Positions 47,174 through 57,525 of a stretch of 64,000 nt of DNA are shown here, piece after piece. Position 1 is the stretch's first letter. Each line of letters opens with the position of its first letter. Below the pieces are notes generated by a model. That model did no database searches and had not been told where the DNA came from. It worked only from the letters and a program-made list of their open reading frames with translations. The stretch spans positions 6,916-70,915 of the forward strand of contig PWKN01000217.1 of NCBI GenBank assembly GCA_003559735.1, given 5' to 3'. A program made the translations under genes and the position numbers. The stretch is from Bacteroidales bacterium. Lineage in GTDB: Bacteria; Bacteroidota; Bacteroidia; Bacteroidales; UBA7960.

Positions 47174-49369
47174 ATGCCTGCTTTTTTTTGGTTAGTACCG
47201 GTTAGTTCTGTAATGGCCCTGACATTTGCCTGGATTTTCTTCAGGCAAATGATGCGTATGGATGAAGGCACAGATATGATGAAGAAGATTGCCGAGCATG
47301 TGCGCAAAGGCGCTTCTGCCTATTTGCGTCAGCAGTACAAGGTGGTCATCATTGTGTTTCTTGTTATAACGGTGATCTTTTCGATACTCGCCTATGGATT
47401 GGGTGTTCAGAACACCTGGGTTCCATTCGCTTTCATAACGGGTGGTTTCTTTTCTGGTCTCGCTGGTTTTTTCGGGATGAAGGCGGCCACTTATGCATCA
47501 GGACGGGTTGCCAATGCCTGCCGGGAGTCCCTCGACGGGGGCCTGCGTCTTGCTTTTCGCAGTGGGGCGGTAATGGGACTTGTGGTCGTTGGACTAGTTT
47601 TGCTTGATATTTCTGCGTGGTTCATTGTATTGAACATTTTTATACCTGAGATGGAACCTGGTTTTAAGCTGATGACCATTACTGCGATCATGCTTACATT
47701 TGGGATGGGCGCATCGACCCAGGCGTTGTTCGCACGTGTTGGCGGGGGTATATACACAAAGGCCGCTGATGTTGGTGCAGACCTTGTAGGGAAAGTGGAG
47801 GCAGGCATTCCGGAGGATGATCCCCGTAATCCCGCTACCATAGCTGACAATGTGGGCGACAATGTGGGTGATGTGGCCGGCATGGGTGCCGACCTGTTTG
47901 AGTCCTTTGCCGCTTCCATTCTTGCCACCGCGCTGCTGGGTGCAGCAGCCTTTATGGGTCCGGGATTGCTCGATATGCAGATAAATGCGGTTATCGCACC
48001 CATGCTGATCGCTGCCGTGGGTACCTTATTGTCTATTCTCGGGGTTTTCCTGGTACGCACCCGTGAAGGGGCCACCCAAAAGCAACTGCTTCGTTCACTC
48101 GGATTTGGAGTAAATATGAGTGCCGTGCTGATCGTGATCGCATCATTCCTGGTTTTGTATTTTCTTCAGTTGCCCAATTATCTCGGACTGTGGGGGTCGA
48201 TTGTGACGGGACTGATTGCAGGGATTGCCATCGGCCAGTCTACTGAGTTCTTTACCGCATCGGCCTACTGGCCTACCAGGCGCATTGCCGAATCGAGCCA
48301 GACAGGTACGGGGACATTGATAATCAGTGGTGTGGGGACGGGTTTGATATCAGCGGCAGTGCCCCTGCTGATCATCGTGGTGGCCATCACCCTGGCCTTT
48401 CTGTTTGCTACTGGCTTTTCCTTCCAGGTTGAACACCTGAACATAGGATTGTACGGTATTGGCATTTCGGCTGTCGGACTCTTATCAACCCTTGGCATTA
48501 CGCTGGCCACCGACGCTTATGGTCCTATTGCCGACAATGCAGGGGGCAATGCGGAGATGTGCGGACTGGGGGAGAAGGTCAGGCAACGTACCGATGCCCT
48601 CGATGCTTTGGGGAACACAACAGCAGCTACCGGAAAGGGTTTTGCCATCGGATCGGCAGCACTGACAGCACTGGCTCTGCTGGCATCCTATTTTGAAGAG
48701 GTGCGTATGATGTTTGTAGAGTTCCTTGATCGTCCGGCTGAGCTTATCAATGGCATCCCCGCCATTGATGCATCTTTTCTCGACTTTGTCTACCATTATG
48801 AGGTGCACCTGATGAACCCGAAGGTCATTGTGGGGATCCTGCTGGGTGTGATGGCTGTTTTTCTTTTCAGCGGACTTACAATGAATGCTGTGGGGCGTGC
48901 TGCGCAAAAAATGGTGGATGAGGTGCGCCGGCAGTTTAAGTCCATGCCCGGCATTATGGAAGGAACTACGGAACCCGACTATGCACGATGTGTGCAGATC
49001 TCAACAAAAGGGGCACAGAGAGAAATGTTGCTGCCATCGTTGATCGCATTGCTGATACCGGTGCTGGTCGGACTGGTGTTTGGGGTGCCTGGCGTTTCGG
49101 GATTGCTCATGGGTACCATCTCCAGTGGTTTTGCCCTGGCAATATTTATGGCCAACGCCGGAGGTGCATGGGATAACGCGAAAAAATACATTGAAGAAGG
49201 GAACCTGGGAGGGAAAGGCTCCGAAAGCCACAAATCTGCCATTACCGGCGACACTGTCGGCGACCCGTTCAAAGACACATCGGGACCAAGTCTGAATATC
49301 CTGATCAAACTGATGGTGATGGCATCAGTGGTTACCGTGGGCGTTGCCGTGACCTATTCAATATTGTAA
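47174..49369 (+). CDS. hppA: membrane-bound ion-translocating pyrophosphatase (K+-dependent subfamily signature)
   Basis: 731 aa. Motifs are GGG(I/L)[25 protein letters not shown] and [17 protein letters not shown] carries Ala rather than Lys at the position known to distinguish K+-dependent from K+-independent enzymes. Confidence 0.93.
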   Translation: MPAFFWLVPVSSVMALTFAWIFFRQMMRMDEGTDMMKKIAEHVRKGASAYLRQQYKVVIIVFLVITVIFSILAYGLGVQNTWVPFAFITGGFFSGLAGFFGMKAATYASGRVANACRESLDGGLRLAFRSGAVMGLVVVGLVLLDISAWFIVLNIFIPEMEPGFKLMTITAIMLTFGMGASTQALFARVGGGIYTKAADVGADLVGKVEAGIPEDDPRNPATIADNVGDNVGDVAGMGADLFESFAASILATALLGAAAFMGPGLLDMQINAVIAPMLIAAVGTLLSILGVFLVRTREGATQKQLLRSLGFGVNMSAVLIVIASFLVLYFLQLPNYLGLWGSIVTGLIAGIAIGQSTEFFTASAYWPTRRIAESSQTGTGTLIISGVGTGLISAAVPLLIIVVAITLAFLFATGFSFQVEHLNIGLYGIGISAVGLLSTLGITLATDAYGPIADNAGGNAEMCGLGEKVRQRTDALDALGNTTAATGKGFAIGSAALTALALLASYFEEVRMMFVEFLDRPAELINGIPAIDASFLDFVYHYEVHLMNPKVIVGILLGVMAVFLFSGLTMNAVGRAAQKMVDEVRRQFKSMPGIMEGTTEPDYARCVQISTKGAQREMLLPSLIALLIPVLVGLVFGVPGVSGLLMGTISSGFALAIFMANAGGAWDNAKKYIEEGNLGGKGSESHKSAITGDTVGDPFKDTSGPSLNILIKLMVMASVVTVGVAVTYSIL

Positions 49370-49438
49370 CCTTCAGGTGTTTGTTGGGAGCGCGCACAAA
49401 TTTATGTTTTTTTAGGTACGTCGACAGTTTATTATGCC

Positions 49439-49446
49439 TATCTTTG
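49439..49446 (+). promoter_or_regulatory. putative -7 promoter box (TATCTTTG)
   Basis: Exact TAnnTTTG, 19 nt upstream of the ATG at 49466. Confidence 0.45.
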
Positions 49447-49465
49447 CGTTTTAAACCATCGTTTT

Positions 49466-51190
49466 ATGCAAAAACCTGAGAAACTGACTTTTCGTTCTGT
49501 TTTAGACAACAGTACTTCTTTGTTTGCTGACCGTCCGGCTTCCGGATTTGTTGATGAACCACCCCTGACATATGCTGATGTTGGTCAGCGGGTGCATCGG
49601 TTGATGCAGCTGCTGAAGGAGCGCGACATAAAAAAGGGCGACCGTGTGGCATTGCTTTCCCAGAACATGCCCAACTGGGGTGTGTCGTATCTTGCTATTA
49701 CATCACTGGGTGCTGTGGTGGTGCCCATCCTGATAGACTTTTCCGATACGGAGATAGGGAAAATCCTGGAGCACAGTGAGGCAAAGCTGCTTATTGTTTC
49801 ATCAAAACAGGCATACAAGTTACAGGGTGTATTGCCGCAAACGTTAAAGTCAGCGGTATTGGCCGATGACCTGACCGAGATCAGTGTCGGGAACCTTGAG
49901 CTTGCAGGTACTGTTATGAATGCAAACACTCCAGTTGCCGGACAACCGGGGGAGTTGTACGACCCTCCCCGGGAAGATGATCTTGCAGCCATTTTGTATA
50001 CTTCCGGTACGACCGGTAAGCCCAAAGGGGTGATGCTCAGTCACAGGAACATCATATCCAATGCCATCAATACGTTTGGCATCCAGGATGTAAATCCGGC
50101 AGACCGGCTGTTGTCGGTATTGCCCTTGCCACATACTTATGAGTGTACAATCGGCTTTCTCATGCCTTTTATGGCGGGGGCTTCTGTATATTACCTCGAT
50201 AAGTTGCCAACACCGGCCGTTCTTCTGCCTGCCATGGATAAGATCAGGCCCACGATGATGCTGACGGTGCCATTGATCATTGAAAAAGTATACCAAAACA
50301 GGGTTGTGCCAAAACTTACCGGCAGCGGGGCAATGCGGACACTTAGCCGGTTCAGGCCTGTCCAGCGGTTCTTTCACCGGATGGCAGGAAAAAAAATATA
50401 CAAGGCTTTTGGAGGGCAGCTGCACTTTTTCGGTATAGGCGGATCGAAGCTTAGTGCCCCTACAGAGCGGTTTTTGCGCGATGCCCGTTTCCCTTATGCA
50501 ATCGGTTATGGGTTGACAGAGACCTCGCCGCTGCTTGCTGGTTGCGGACCGAAGATTACAAAGTTTCAGTCGACAGGCTTTTCAATTCCCGGCCAGGAGT
50601 TGCGCATCCTCGATCCCGATCCATACACAGGGGAGGGGGAGATCATTGCCAGGGGACCCAATGTGATGATGGGCTATTATAAGGAGCCCGAACTGACAGA
50701 GATGGTGTTTACAAAGGATGGGTGGTTCAAAACCGGTGACCTGGGTGTGCTGGATGAAGATGGGTATCTTTACATCAAAGGGAGAATAAAAAATATTATC
50801 ATTTCTTCGACAGGAGAGAATATTTACCCCGAAGATATAGAGGCTGTTATCAACAGCGAACGCCATGTGCTCGAGTCGCTGGTCTATGAGATGAAGGGCA
50901 AGCTGGTTGCGAAAGTCCACCTGAACTATGAAGAGATTGACAAACGGTACCATGAGCTGAAGGATTCAGCCGGACAAAGCTACAGTGACCTGAAGGATTC
51001 AGCCGGACAAATGTACGAACAGATCCAGCTGAAGGTCAAAGAACGGCTGGGCGATATTCAGGAGCGTGTAAACCGCCGTCTGGCAAGGTTTGCCCGGCTC
51101 ACATTGATCGAGGAGCAGGTAGAGCCTTTTGAGAAGACACCCACCAAGAAAATCAAGCGCTTCTTATATTTTGACCAGGACAAGGAATAG
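49466..51190 (+). CDS. long-chain-fatty-acid--CoA ligase-like AMP-binding enzyme
   Basis: The AMP-binding motif YTSGTTGKPKGVMLSHRN is present, as are GYGLTE and TGDLG...GYLYIKGR. A C-terminal helical extension carries an internal duplication. Confidence 0.85.
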   Translation: MQKPEKLTFRSVLDNSTSLFADRPASGFVDEPPLTYADVGQRVHRLMQLLKERDIKKGDRVALLSQNMPNWGVSYLAITSLGAVVVPILIDFSDTEIGKILEHSEAKLLIVSSKQAYKLQGVLPQTLKSAVLADDLTEISVGNLELAGTVMNANTPVAGQPGELYDPPREDDLAAILYTSGTTGKPKGVMLSHRNIISNAINTFGIQDVNPADRLLSVLPLPHTYECTIGFLMPFMAGASVYYLDKLPTPAVLLPAMDKIRPTMMLTVPLIIEKVYQNRVVPKLTGSGAMRTLSRFRPVQRFFHRMAGKKIYKAFGGQLHFFGIGGSKLSAPTERFLRDARFPYAIGYGLTETSPLLAGCGPKITKFQSTGFSIPGQELRILDPDPYTGEGEIIARGPNVMMGYYKEPELTEMVFTKDGWFKTGDLGVLDEDGYLYIKGRIKNIIISSTGENIYPEDIEAVINSERHVLESLVYEMKGKLVAKVHLNYEEIDKRYHELKDSAGQSYSDLKDSAGQMYEQIQLKVKERLGDIQERVNRRLARFARLTLIEEQVEPFEKTPTKKIKRFLYFDQDKE

Positions 51191-51216
51191 CTGCAGGGAG
51201 TTGCTGCTCCCTGCAT
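51191..51216 (+). terminator. hairpin terminator between the acyl-CoA ligase gene and gcvP
   Basis: A 9-bp stem TGCAGGGAG / CTCCCTGCA encloses the loop TTGCTG, followed by a short TTT. It starts directly after the stop codon. Confidence 0.45.
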
Positions 51217-51255
51217 TTCACCAATTAACGGTTGCTTCCGGCATTGGTATGGCGT

Positions 51256-54150
51256 TTAGTCCTGCGCATAACTTTCGATGGGGTCGCAGGTACAAACCAG
51301 GTTCCGGTCACCGTATGCATCATCTATCCGCGTAACCGGGGTGAAGTATTTGTTTTCGGCAGACCAAGGCCGCGGGAACACCGCCTGTTGCCGGCTATAG
51401 GGCTTGTCCCACGCATCGTCTGCCGCCATCGTCACAGTGTGCGGAGCATTCTTTATTACGTTATTTTCTTTGTCGGCCTTCCCTTGTTCTATTTCTTCAA
51501 TCTCTTTTCTGATCGCGATCATGGCGTCTATAAACCTGTCCAGTTCGCTTAACGGTTCGCTTTCGGTTGGCTCAACCATCAGGGTACCTGATACGGGAAA
51601 GGCAACGGTAGGGGCATGGAACCCATAGTCCATCAGCCTTTTGGCAATATCTATGGCGTCGACAGACACACTTCGTTTAAATGGGTTGCAGTCAAGGATC
51701 ATTTCGTGGGCCGACCATCCGTTCTTTCCTGTATAGAGCACCTTATAGTGTTTTTCCAGGGATGCCTTGATATAGTTTGTGCTCAGTATGGCCAGCTTCG
51801 TTGCTTCTGTCAGACCCCTGCCCCCCATCATCTTGATATAGCCATAGGTGATGGTCAGGATAAATGCGCTGCCAAAGGGTGCTGCGGCAATGGCGTGTAT
51901 GCCTTTTTCCCCGCCTGTATCAGACAGCGGGTGGGTTGGCAGGAAAGGCAGCAGGTGTTTGGCCACACCAATGGGTCCAACGCCTGGTCCGCCTCCACCA
52001 TGGGGGATTGCGAATGTTTTGTGAAGGTTCAGGTGGCAGACGTCGGCACCACAAATGGCCGGATTGGTGTATCCGACCTGTGCGTTCATATTGGCCCCAT
52101 CCATATACACCTGTCCGCCGCAGTCATGAATAATTTTTGTCACTTCAAGAATGTCCTCTTCAAACACGCCGTGGGTAGAAGGATAGGTTACCATGATGGC
52201 AGCCAGGTTGTCTTTATGTGTTTCCGCTTTTTCGCGAAGATCGTTCAGGTCGATGTTGCCCTTATCGTCGCATCGCACAACAACCACTTTGGTGCCTGCC
52301 ATCACGGCACTTGCAGGGTTGGTGCCATGGGCTGACGAGGGGATGAGGGTAATGTTGCGGTGACCCTCACCACGGCTTTCATGGTAGGCGCGTATCACCA
52401 TCAGGCCTGTATATTCGCCTGATGCACCTGAGTTGGGCATAAAGGAAATACCCGCATACCCTGTGATCTCACACAGATCCCGTTCAAGCTGACTGATCAG
52501 TTCATGGTACCCTTCAGCCTGGTCGGCCGGAACAAACGGATGCAGGTTGGCAAACTCCGGCCAGCTCAGCGCAAAAAGTTCAGAAGCGGCATTCAGTTTC
52601 ATGGTACACGATCCCAGCGGGATCATTGTCCGGTTAAGCGCCAGGTCCCTGTTCTCCAACTTCTTCAGGTAACGCATCAGTTCTGTCTCCGAGTGGTATG
52701 AGTTGAAACAAGCCTGCTGCAGGAACTGGCTTGTGCGCTGCAGCGGGTCAGGTATCGTGCTGATTTTCTGACAGGCCTCCGGGTCACAGACAAACTTCGT
52801 ATGCTCTTTGTTTGCTGAACGGGCGAATACAGATGCAATTGCATTGACATCCTCAAGAGTAGTGGTTTCGTCGAGGCTGATGCCAATATGTCTGTCATCG
52901 ATGATCCGGAAATTCATCTGGTGCTCCTGTGCCTGCTGCTTGATCGTTTCCGACCTGACGGGATCGGGCAGCTTGACCAGCAATGTATCAAAGAAATGGC
53001 GGTTCAGTTGTTTGTACCCATATTTTTCCAGCTCCTGTGCAAGCACCCCTGTGAGGATGTTGATATGCCTGGCAATACTTTTCAGTCCGCCAGGCCCATG
53101 ATACACGGCATACATCCCGGCAATCGTTGCAAGCAATGCCTGGGCCGTGCAAATATTTGAAGTGGCTTTTTCACGCTTGATATGTTGTTCTCTTGTTTGA
53201 AGTGCCATTCGCAGGGCATAGTCGCCGTTCTTATCGACCGACACGCCAATGATCCTTCCCGGCACAGCCCTTTTGAATTCTTCTTTGGCAGCGAAGTAGC
53301 CGGCATGCGGACCCCCATAGCCCATGGGTACGCCAAAACGTTGGGATGACCCCACTACCACGTCTGCTCCCCACTCGCCTGGCGGTGTCAGCATGGTCAG
53401 GCTCAGCAGGTCGGCAGCAACGGCAATTCTGACATCCCACTTTTTTGCCTCTTCAGCAAAATCATGGTAATTGTTTACAGAACCAACCTCATCGGGATAC
53501 TGTATGAGTGCACCGAAAAAAGTATCATCAAAAGCCATCCCCTGGTGGTCGGCTATGACCAGCTCAATGCCAAGCGGCGCAGCCCTGTTTTTCAACACAT
53601 CAAGCGTTTGGGGGAAACAACGGACTGAAGCGAAGAATTTATTGACCCCTTTTTTCGCTGCACTGCGGGGCCTGCTGTTAAACAGCATGATCATTGCTTC
53701 TGCAGCTGCCGTCGCCTCATCAAGCAACGATGCATTGGCAATTGGCAGTTGGGTAAGGTCGGTAATAACGGTTTGGAAATTCAACAGGGCTTCCAGTCTG
53801 CCTTGTGATATCTCTGCCTGGTAAGGGGTATATGAAGTATACCAACCCGGATTTTCCAGTATGTTTCGCTGAATCGCACCTGGCATAATGGTATTGTAAT
53901 AGCCCATGCCAATAAACGATTTATACAGCTTATTTTTGGAAGCCAGTGCTTTCAGGTGCTGAATGTATTCAAACTCATTGAGGCCATCAGGGATGTCCGG
54001 TTCGCTCTTCAGGCGGATCCCCGCGGGAATGGTCTGGTCTATCAGTTTGTCTGACGATTCAATGCCAATGGTTTTCAGCATTTTTTCTTCATCTTTTTTC
54101 CGGATACCGTTATGACGATCAGTGAAGTTATTTGTTAACATAGGGAGCAT
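51256..54150 (-). CDS. gcvP: glycine dehydrogenase (decarboxylating), single-chain P protein
   Basis: About 960 aa. [26 protein letters not shown] and the PLP region [16 protein letters not shown] are present. The tracked start at 54180 is a TTG; ATG codons occur at 54150 and 54141. Confidence 0.93.
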   Translation of the reverse strand: MLPMLTNNFTDRHNGIRKKDEEKMLKTIGIESSDKLIDQTIPAGIRLKSEPDIPDGLNEFEYIQHLKALASKNKLYKSFIGMGYYNTIMPGAIQRNILENPGWYTSYTPYQAEISQGRLEALLNFQTVITDLTQLPIANASLLDEATAAAEAMIMLFNSRPRSAAKKGVNKFFASVRCFPQTLDVLKNRAAPLGIELVIADHQGMAFDDTFFGALIQYPDEVGSVNNYHDFAEEAKKWDVRIAVAADLLSLTMLTPPGEWGADVVVGSSQRFGVPMGYGGPHAGYFAAKEEFKRAVPGRIIGVSVDKNGDYALRMALQTREQHIKREKATSNICTAQALLATIAGMYAVYHGPGGLKSIARHINILTGVLAQELEKYGYKQLNRHFFDTLLVKLPDPVRSETIKQQAQEHQMNFRIIDDRHIGISLDETTTLEDVNAIASVFARSANKEHTKFVCDPEACQKISTIPDPLQRTSQFLQQACFNSYHSETELMRYLKKLENRDLALNRTMIPLGSCTMKLNAASELFALSWPEFANLHPFVPADQAEGYHELISQLERDLCEITGYAGISFMPNSGASGEYTGLMVIRAYHESRGEGHRNITLIPSSAHGTNPASAVMAGTKVVVVRCDDKGNIDLNDLREKAETHKDNLAAIMVTYPSTHGVFEEDILEVTKIIHDCGGQVYMDGANMNAQVGYTNPAICGADVCHLNLHKTFAIPHGGGGPGVGPIGVAKHLLPFLPTHPLSDTGGEKGIHAIAAAPFGSAFILTITYGYIKMMGGRGLTEATKLAILSTNYIKASLEKHYKVLYTGKNGWSAHEMILDCNPFKRSVSVDAIDIAKRLMDYGFHAPTVAFPVSGTLMVEPTESEPLSELDRFIDAMIAIRKEIEEIEQGKADKENNVIKNAPHTVTMAADDAWDKPYSRQQAVFPRPWSAENKYFTPVTRIDDAYGDRNLVCTCDPIESYAQD

Positions 54151-54423
54151 GTTTTTTATTGGTGTGGTTATGTGATTCAATTATCGAAATTATTTCCTGC
54201 AGTTGTCGCCTTTGCACGATCGTACTTTGCTGAAGGTGCAATGGTGATCATTACAGGCACTGTTTGCAGAATTCCGTTTATGATGACTGTTGTCAGTGAA
54301 ACAAATTTGATGCATCGATTGTTTGTGCGACGGACAATTTGTTTCGATGGTTTGCTGGCAGTTATGACCAATATTTCTTGTGTTCCCGGGCCATATCATG
54401 ATACCTGTTCTGCGGTCACTGTT

Positions 54424-54999
54424 TTATTGCCGGGCGTACGCTCTGCCTGCATGCAATGCCCTCAGGTTTATCTCCACCAGCTCTTCCCCTTTTTTTCCGA
54501 ACAGCTGTCTGATCGCTTTTTCCAGTTTTTCAACCGGGATGTCGATAAACGGTGAAGCAGCTCCCAGGATAACCACATTGGCTGCCTTCTTTGATCCCGC
54601 TTCATCAGCAATTTTTCCGGCATCTAGTGCGACATGCCGGGGCAGGGTCCTGATCTCTTCCAGCACCTCTTCAACGTCCGGATAGTTTGGGATGTTGATG
54701 AATGGTTCGGTGTTTGTGATGAGCCATCCTTCGGGACTCAGCCACGGGAGGTATCTGAGCGACTCCATGGGTTCGACCGATATGATCATGGTTGCTTTCC
54801 CCTCTGGTATCAGGTCAGACCAGATCTCTCCGGATGACAGGCGCAGGTGTGATTGCACATCCCCGCCTCTTTGGCTCATGCCATGCACTTCGGCCTGTTT
54901 CAGGAACAGGTCAGATTCTACGGCAGCATACCCGATTATGGCCGCTATGGAAAGGATGCCTTGTCCGCCTACCCCGGCCAGTATAATATCGTTTTTCAT
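54424..54999 (-). CDS. iorB: indolepyruvate:ferredoxin oxidoreductase, beta subunit
   Basis: MKNDIILAGVGGQGILS is present. The protein is 191 aa and lies directly downstream of iorA. Confidence 0.85.
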   Translation of the reverse strand: MKNDIILAGVGGQGILSIAAIIGYAAVESDLFLKQAEVHGMSQRGGDVQSHLRLSSGEIWSDLIPEGKATMIISVEPMESLRYLPWLSPEGWLITNTEPFINIPNYPDVEEVLEEIRTLPRHVALDAGKIADEAGSKKAANVVILGAASPFIDIPVEKLEKAIRQLFGKKGEELVEINLRALHAGRAYARQ

Positions 55000-55008
55000 C
55001 TATATCTG

Positions 55009-56625
55009 TTATTTTGTTTTGTTTTTGTCATTGAATTTCTGGCGCATTCTTTTGTTGAGGGTTTGAATGCATTCACGGCGTGGGATAATAACCGACACTC
55101 CATTGTATGCGAGTTCCTCTTCAAACACCCTGGTGTTTTCTTCATGTTGTTTCCGGAGTGGCTTGATGATGCGGATGTGTTCTTCCTCTACACCAATACC
55201 GCGGCAGATGTGTTCAATTTTTTCAAACGCCGCCGATGGCTGACCGCCTGTCATGCCGGTGGTAGCGTTGTCAAGTATAACCACGGTGATGTTTGACCTG
55301 TCGTTCACTGCATCAAGCAGTCCGGTCATTCCTGAGTGTGTAAAGGTGCTGTCGCCGATCACTGCCACTGCAGGCTGCAATCCGGCGTCGGCTGCTCCTT
55401 TGGCCATGGTCACCGAGGCACCCATGTCGACGCACGTATTTCCGGCATTGTAGGGAGGCAATGCCCCCAGTGTATAGCAGCCTATGTCGGAAAAGATCCG
55501 GCCATCTCCGTATTTCTCCATGGCCTCATTGAGTCCGAGGAAGCTGTCGATATGCGGACACCCCTTGCAGAGGGAGGGTGGCCTTTTTGCCACAATGCCG
55601 GGCACTGTGGCAATGTCATTGCTGGGTATGCCCAGCGCCTTCGCGACAATGCCGGGAGTCAGTTCTCCCGTCCGCGGCAGAGTGCCATCCAATCGGCCGT
55701 TGATCTCCTTGCCCCTGTACATAAACCCTTTCATCATTTCTTCGACCACCGGGTAGCCTTCTTCCAGTACCAATATCCGTTCGCATTCATTGTACAGTGT
55801 TTCAATATGGGTTCGGGGCAGCGGGTATTGCGATATTTTTACCACCGGGTATGGGACCTTCCCTTCGGAAAAATGTTCCATCAGATAATTGTATGCCAGT
55901 CCGCAAGCAATGATACCCATCGAACGGTCTTCTGCGGGAAGGAAGACGTTGTATGGTGACTCCTCAGAAAGTTTTTGGAATGCCGGCTGGTTGCCGAGCA
56001 GTTTCTGGTATTGTTTCCTGGCCAGCGCTGGCAGCAGGATAAACTGTTTCAGGTTGCCGGGCAGTGCGCATTCATTTTGGTTTTTTTGTTTTGTTCTTGT
56101 CACCCCAGCGCGTGAATGTGCCAGACGGGTGGTGATGCGCAGCATGACAGGCACTTCCAGTTTTTCGGACAGTTCGAAGCCAAGGTGTACCATATCGTAT
56201 GCTTCCTGCTGGTTGGATGGTTCGAGGATGGGCACCATCGCAAATTTGCCATACACCCTTGAGTCCTGCTCATTCTGTGAAGAGTGCATCGACGGGTCGT
56301 CGGCCACAACAAAGATCAGTCCCCCGTTGGCACCGGTAATGGACGCATTGATAAACACGTCTGCCGCAACATTCAGTCCGACATGCTTCATACACGTCAT
56401 TGCCCTTTTCCCCGCGTACGACATCCCAAGGGCTTGCTCAGCTGCCGTCTTCTCATTGGCTGTCCATGTGGCTACAATCCCTTTTTCCCTGGCATCGGAT
56501 GAGCTGATGACATACTCTGTGATTTCTGTGGAAGGTGTGCCAGGATATGCGAAAATACCTGACATACCGGCATCTATTCCTGCCTGGGCAATGGCCTCAT
56601 CACCCAGAAGTAATAATTTTTGCAT
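55009..56625 (-). CDS. iorA: indolepyruvate:ferredoxin oxidoreductase, alpha subunit
   Basis: LLLGDEAIAQAGIDAG....AYPGTPSTEI is present, with a TPP-binding region GDSTFTHSGMTGL and a CxGCPH cluster. Confidence 0.87.
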   Translation of the reverse strand: MQKLLLLGDEAIAQAGIDAGMSGIFAYPGTPSTEITEYVISSSDAREKGIVATWTANEKTAAEQALGMSYAGKRAMTCMKHVGLNVAADVFINASITGANGGLIFVVADDPSMHSSQNEQDSRVYGKFAMVPILEPSNQQEAYDMVHLGFELSEKLEVPVMLRITTRLAHSRAGVTRTKQKNQNECALPGNLKQFILLPALARKQYQKLLGNQPAFQKLSEESPYNVFLPAEDRSMGIIACGLAYNYLMEHFSEGKVPYPVVKISQYPLPRTHIETLYNECERILVLEEGYPVVEEMMKGFMYRGKEINGRLDGTLPRTGELTPGIVAKALGIPSNDIATVPGIVAKRPPSLCKGCPHIDSFLGLNEAMEKYGDGRIFSDIGCYTLGALPPYNAGNTCVDMGASVTMAKGAADAGLQPAVAVIGDSTFTHSGMTGLLDAVNDRSNITVVILDNATTGMTGGQPSAAFEKIEHICRGIGVEEEHIRIIKPLRKQHEENTRVFEEELAYNGVSVIIPRRECIQTLNKRMRQKFNDKNKTK

Positions 56626-56666
56626 ATATGTTTATATTTAAGTTTTATGAAAGCTGGCGTGCATTG

Positions 56667-56696
56667 CCTGCGGCTTTCGACGCCCTGTATCTGACC
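56667..56696 (+). repeat. 30-nt motif shared with 61077-61106 (17-nt exact core CTGCGGCTTTCGACGCC)
   Basis: The core 56668-56684 is identical to 61078-61094, and 26/30 positions are identical overall. This copy is enclosed by a perfect 10-bp stem, 56657-56666 / 56714-56723. Confidence 0.7.
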
Positions 56697-56852
56697 TGGA
56701 TTGACAGGATGAACAATGCACGCTACAAAGCTATAAAACTTTGTGTTATTAACCATTTTGCCGCACGGAAAACAATATCTTCCGTATGATGGATCAAGGG
56801 GGCATTGGCAAGGCATGCCCATTGTCCTGGTCTGTCGTATAAGAATTTAAGG

Positions 56853-56860
56853 TAATTTTG
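56853..56860 (+). promoter_or_regulatory. putative -7 promoter box (TAATTTTG) of acpH
   Basis: Exact TAnnTTTG only 4 nt before the ATG at 56865, implying a near-leaderless transcript. Confidence 0.35.
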
Positions 56861-56864
56861 CGGC

Positions 56865-57473
56865 ATGAATTTTCTTGCACATCTGTATTTGTCGGGTTGT
56901 GATGAGGAGGTCGTCATTGGCAACTTTATTGCTGACATGGTGAAGGGACAGCAGATTAACGGGTACAGCGCCGGTATCGTCAGGGGCATTCGTTTACACA
57001 GGGAGATTGACCGCTTCACCGACATCCACCCCATTGTCGTTGAGAGCAAGAAAAGGCTGCGAAAAAAATACCGGTTATACGCCGGGGTTGTGGTTGATAT
57101 GTACTATGACCATTTTCTGGCGAAAAACTGGTCCAGCTATTCTGTGATTCCTTTGACTGATTATGTTGGGAATGCGTATGCAATATTGCAGCGCAACCAC
57201 GACATACTGCCCCCGCGCGGGCGGTATATTCTGCCATTTATGACAGAGAACAACTGGCTGGTCAACTATGCCGACCTTGACAGCTTACGGAAAAATTTTG
57301 GCGGCATGGCCCGGCGCACCCCATTTGATTCAGGCATGGAAGATGCGGTTGATGACCTTCTTGCCCATTACAAATTGTTTGATAAAGAGTTCCGGGAGTT
57401 TTTCCCCGGACTGGTTGCTTTTGTGAAAGAGGAGGGGATATCGCTGTTGCACCATTCCAGATCAGACACATGA
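56865..57473 (+). CDS. acpH: acyl carrier protein phosphodiesterase
   Basis: MNFLAHLYLS....E...GNF.AD.VKG is the characteristic AcpH N-terminus. The protein is 202 aa. Confidence 0.8.
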   Translation: MNFLAHLYLSGCDEEVVIGNFIADMVKGQQINGYSAGIVRGIRLHREIDRFTDIHPIVVESKKRLRKKYRLYAGVVVDMYYDHFLAKNWSSYSVIPLTDYVGNAYAILQRNHDILPPRGRYILPFMTENNWLVNYADLDSLRKNFGGMARRTPFDSGMEDAVDDLLAHYKLFDKEFREFFPGLVAFVKEEGISLLHHSRSDT

Positions 57474-57525
57474 CGTTGCAGACAGACAATGGGCAGGCAG
57501 GGGGCCGGCATTGGATGGCTGCAGA

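Noticed and set aside
54181-54423. Expected glycine riboswitch upstream of gcvP
   Set aside because: I read the minus strand of the whole spacer. None of the conserved glycine-aptamer cores (GGAGAG...CACCG / CTCTGGAGAG...ACCGAAGGGGCAA-like) is present.
51616-56641. ORFs of 200-250 aa antisense to gcvP (51616-52335) and iorA (55336-55959, 55889-56641)
   Set aside because: They lie entirely within strongly supported genes on the other strand and have no motifs. They are treated as shadow ORFs.
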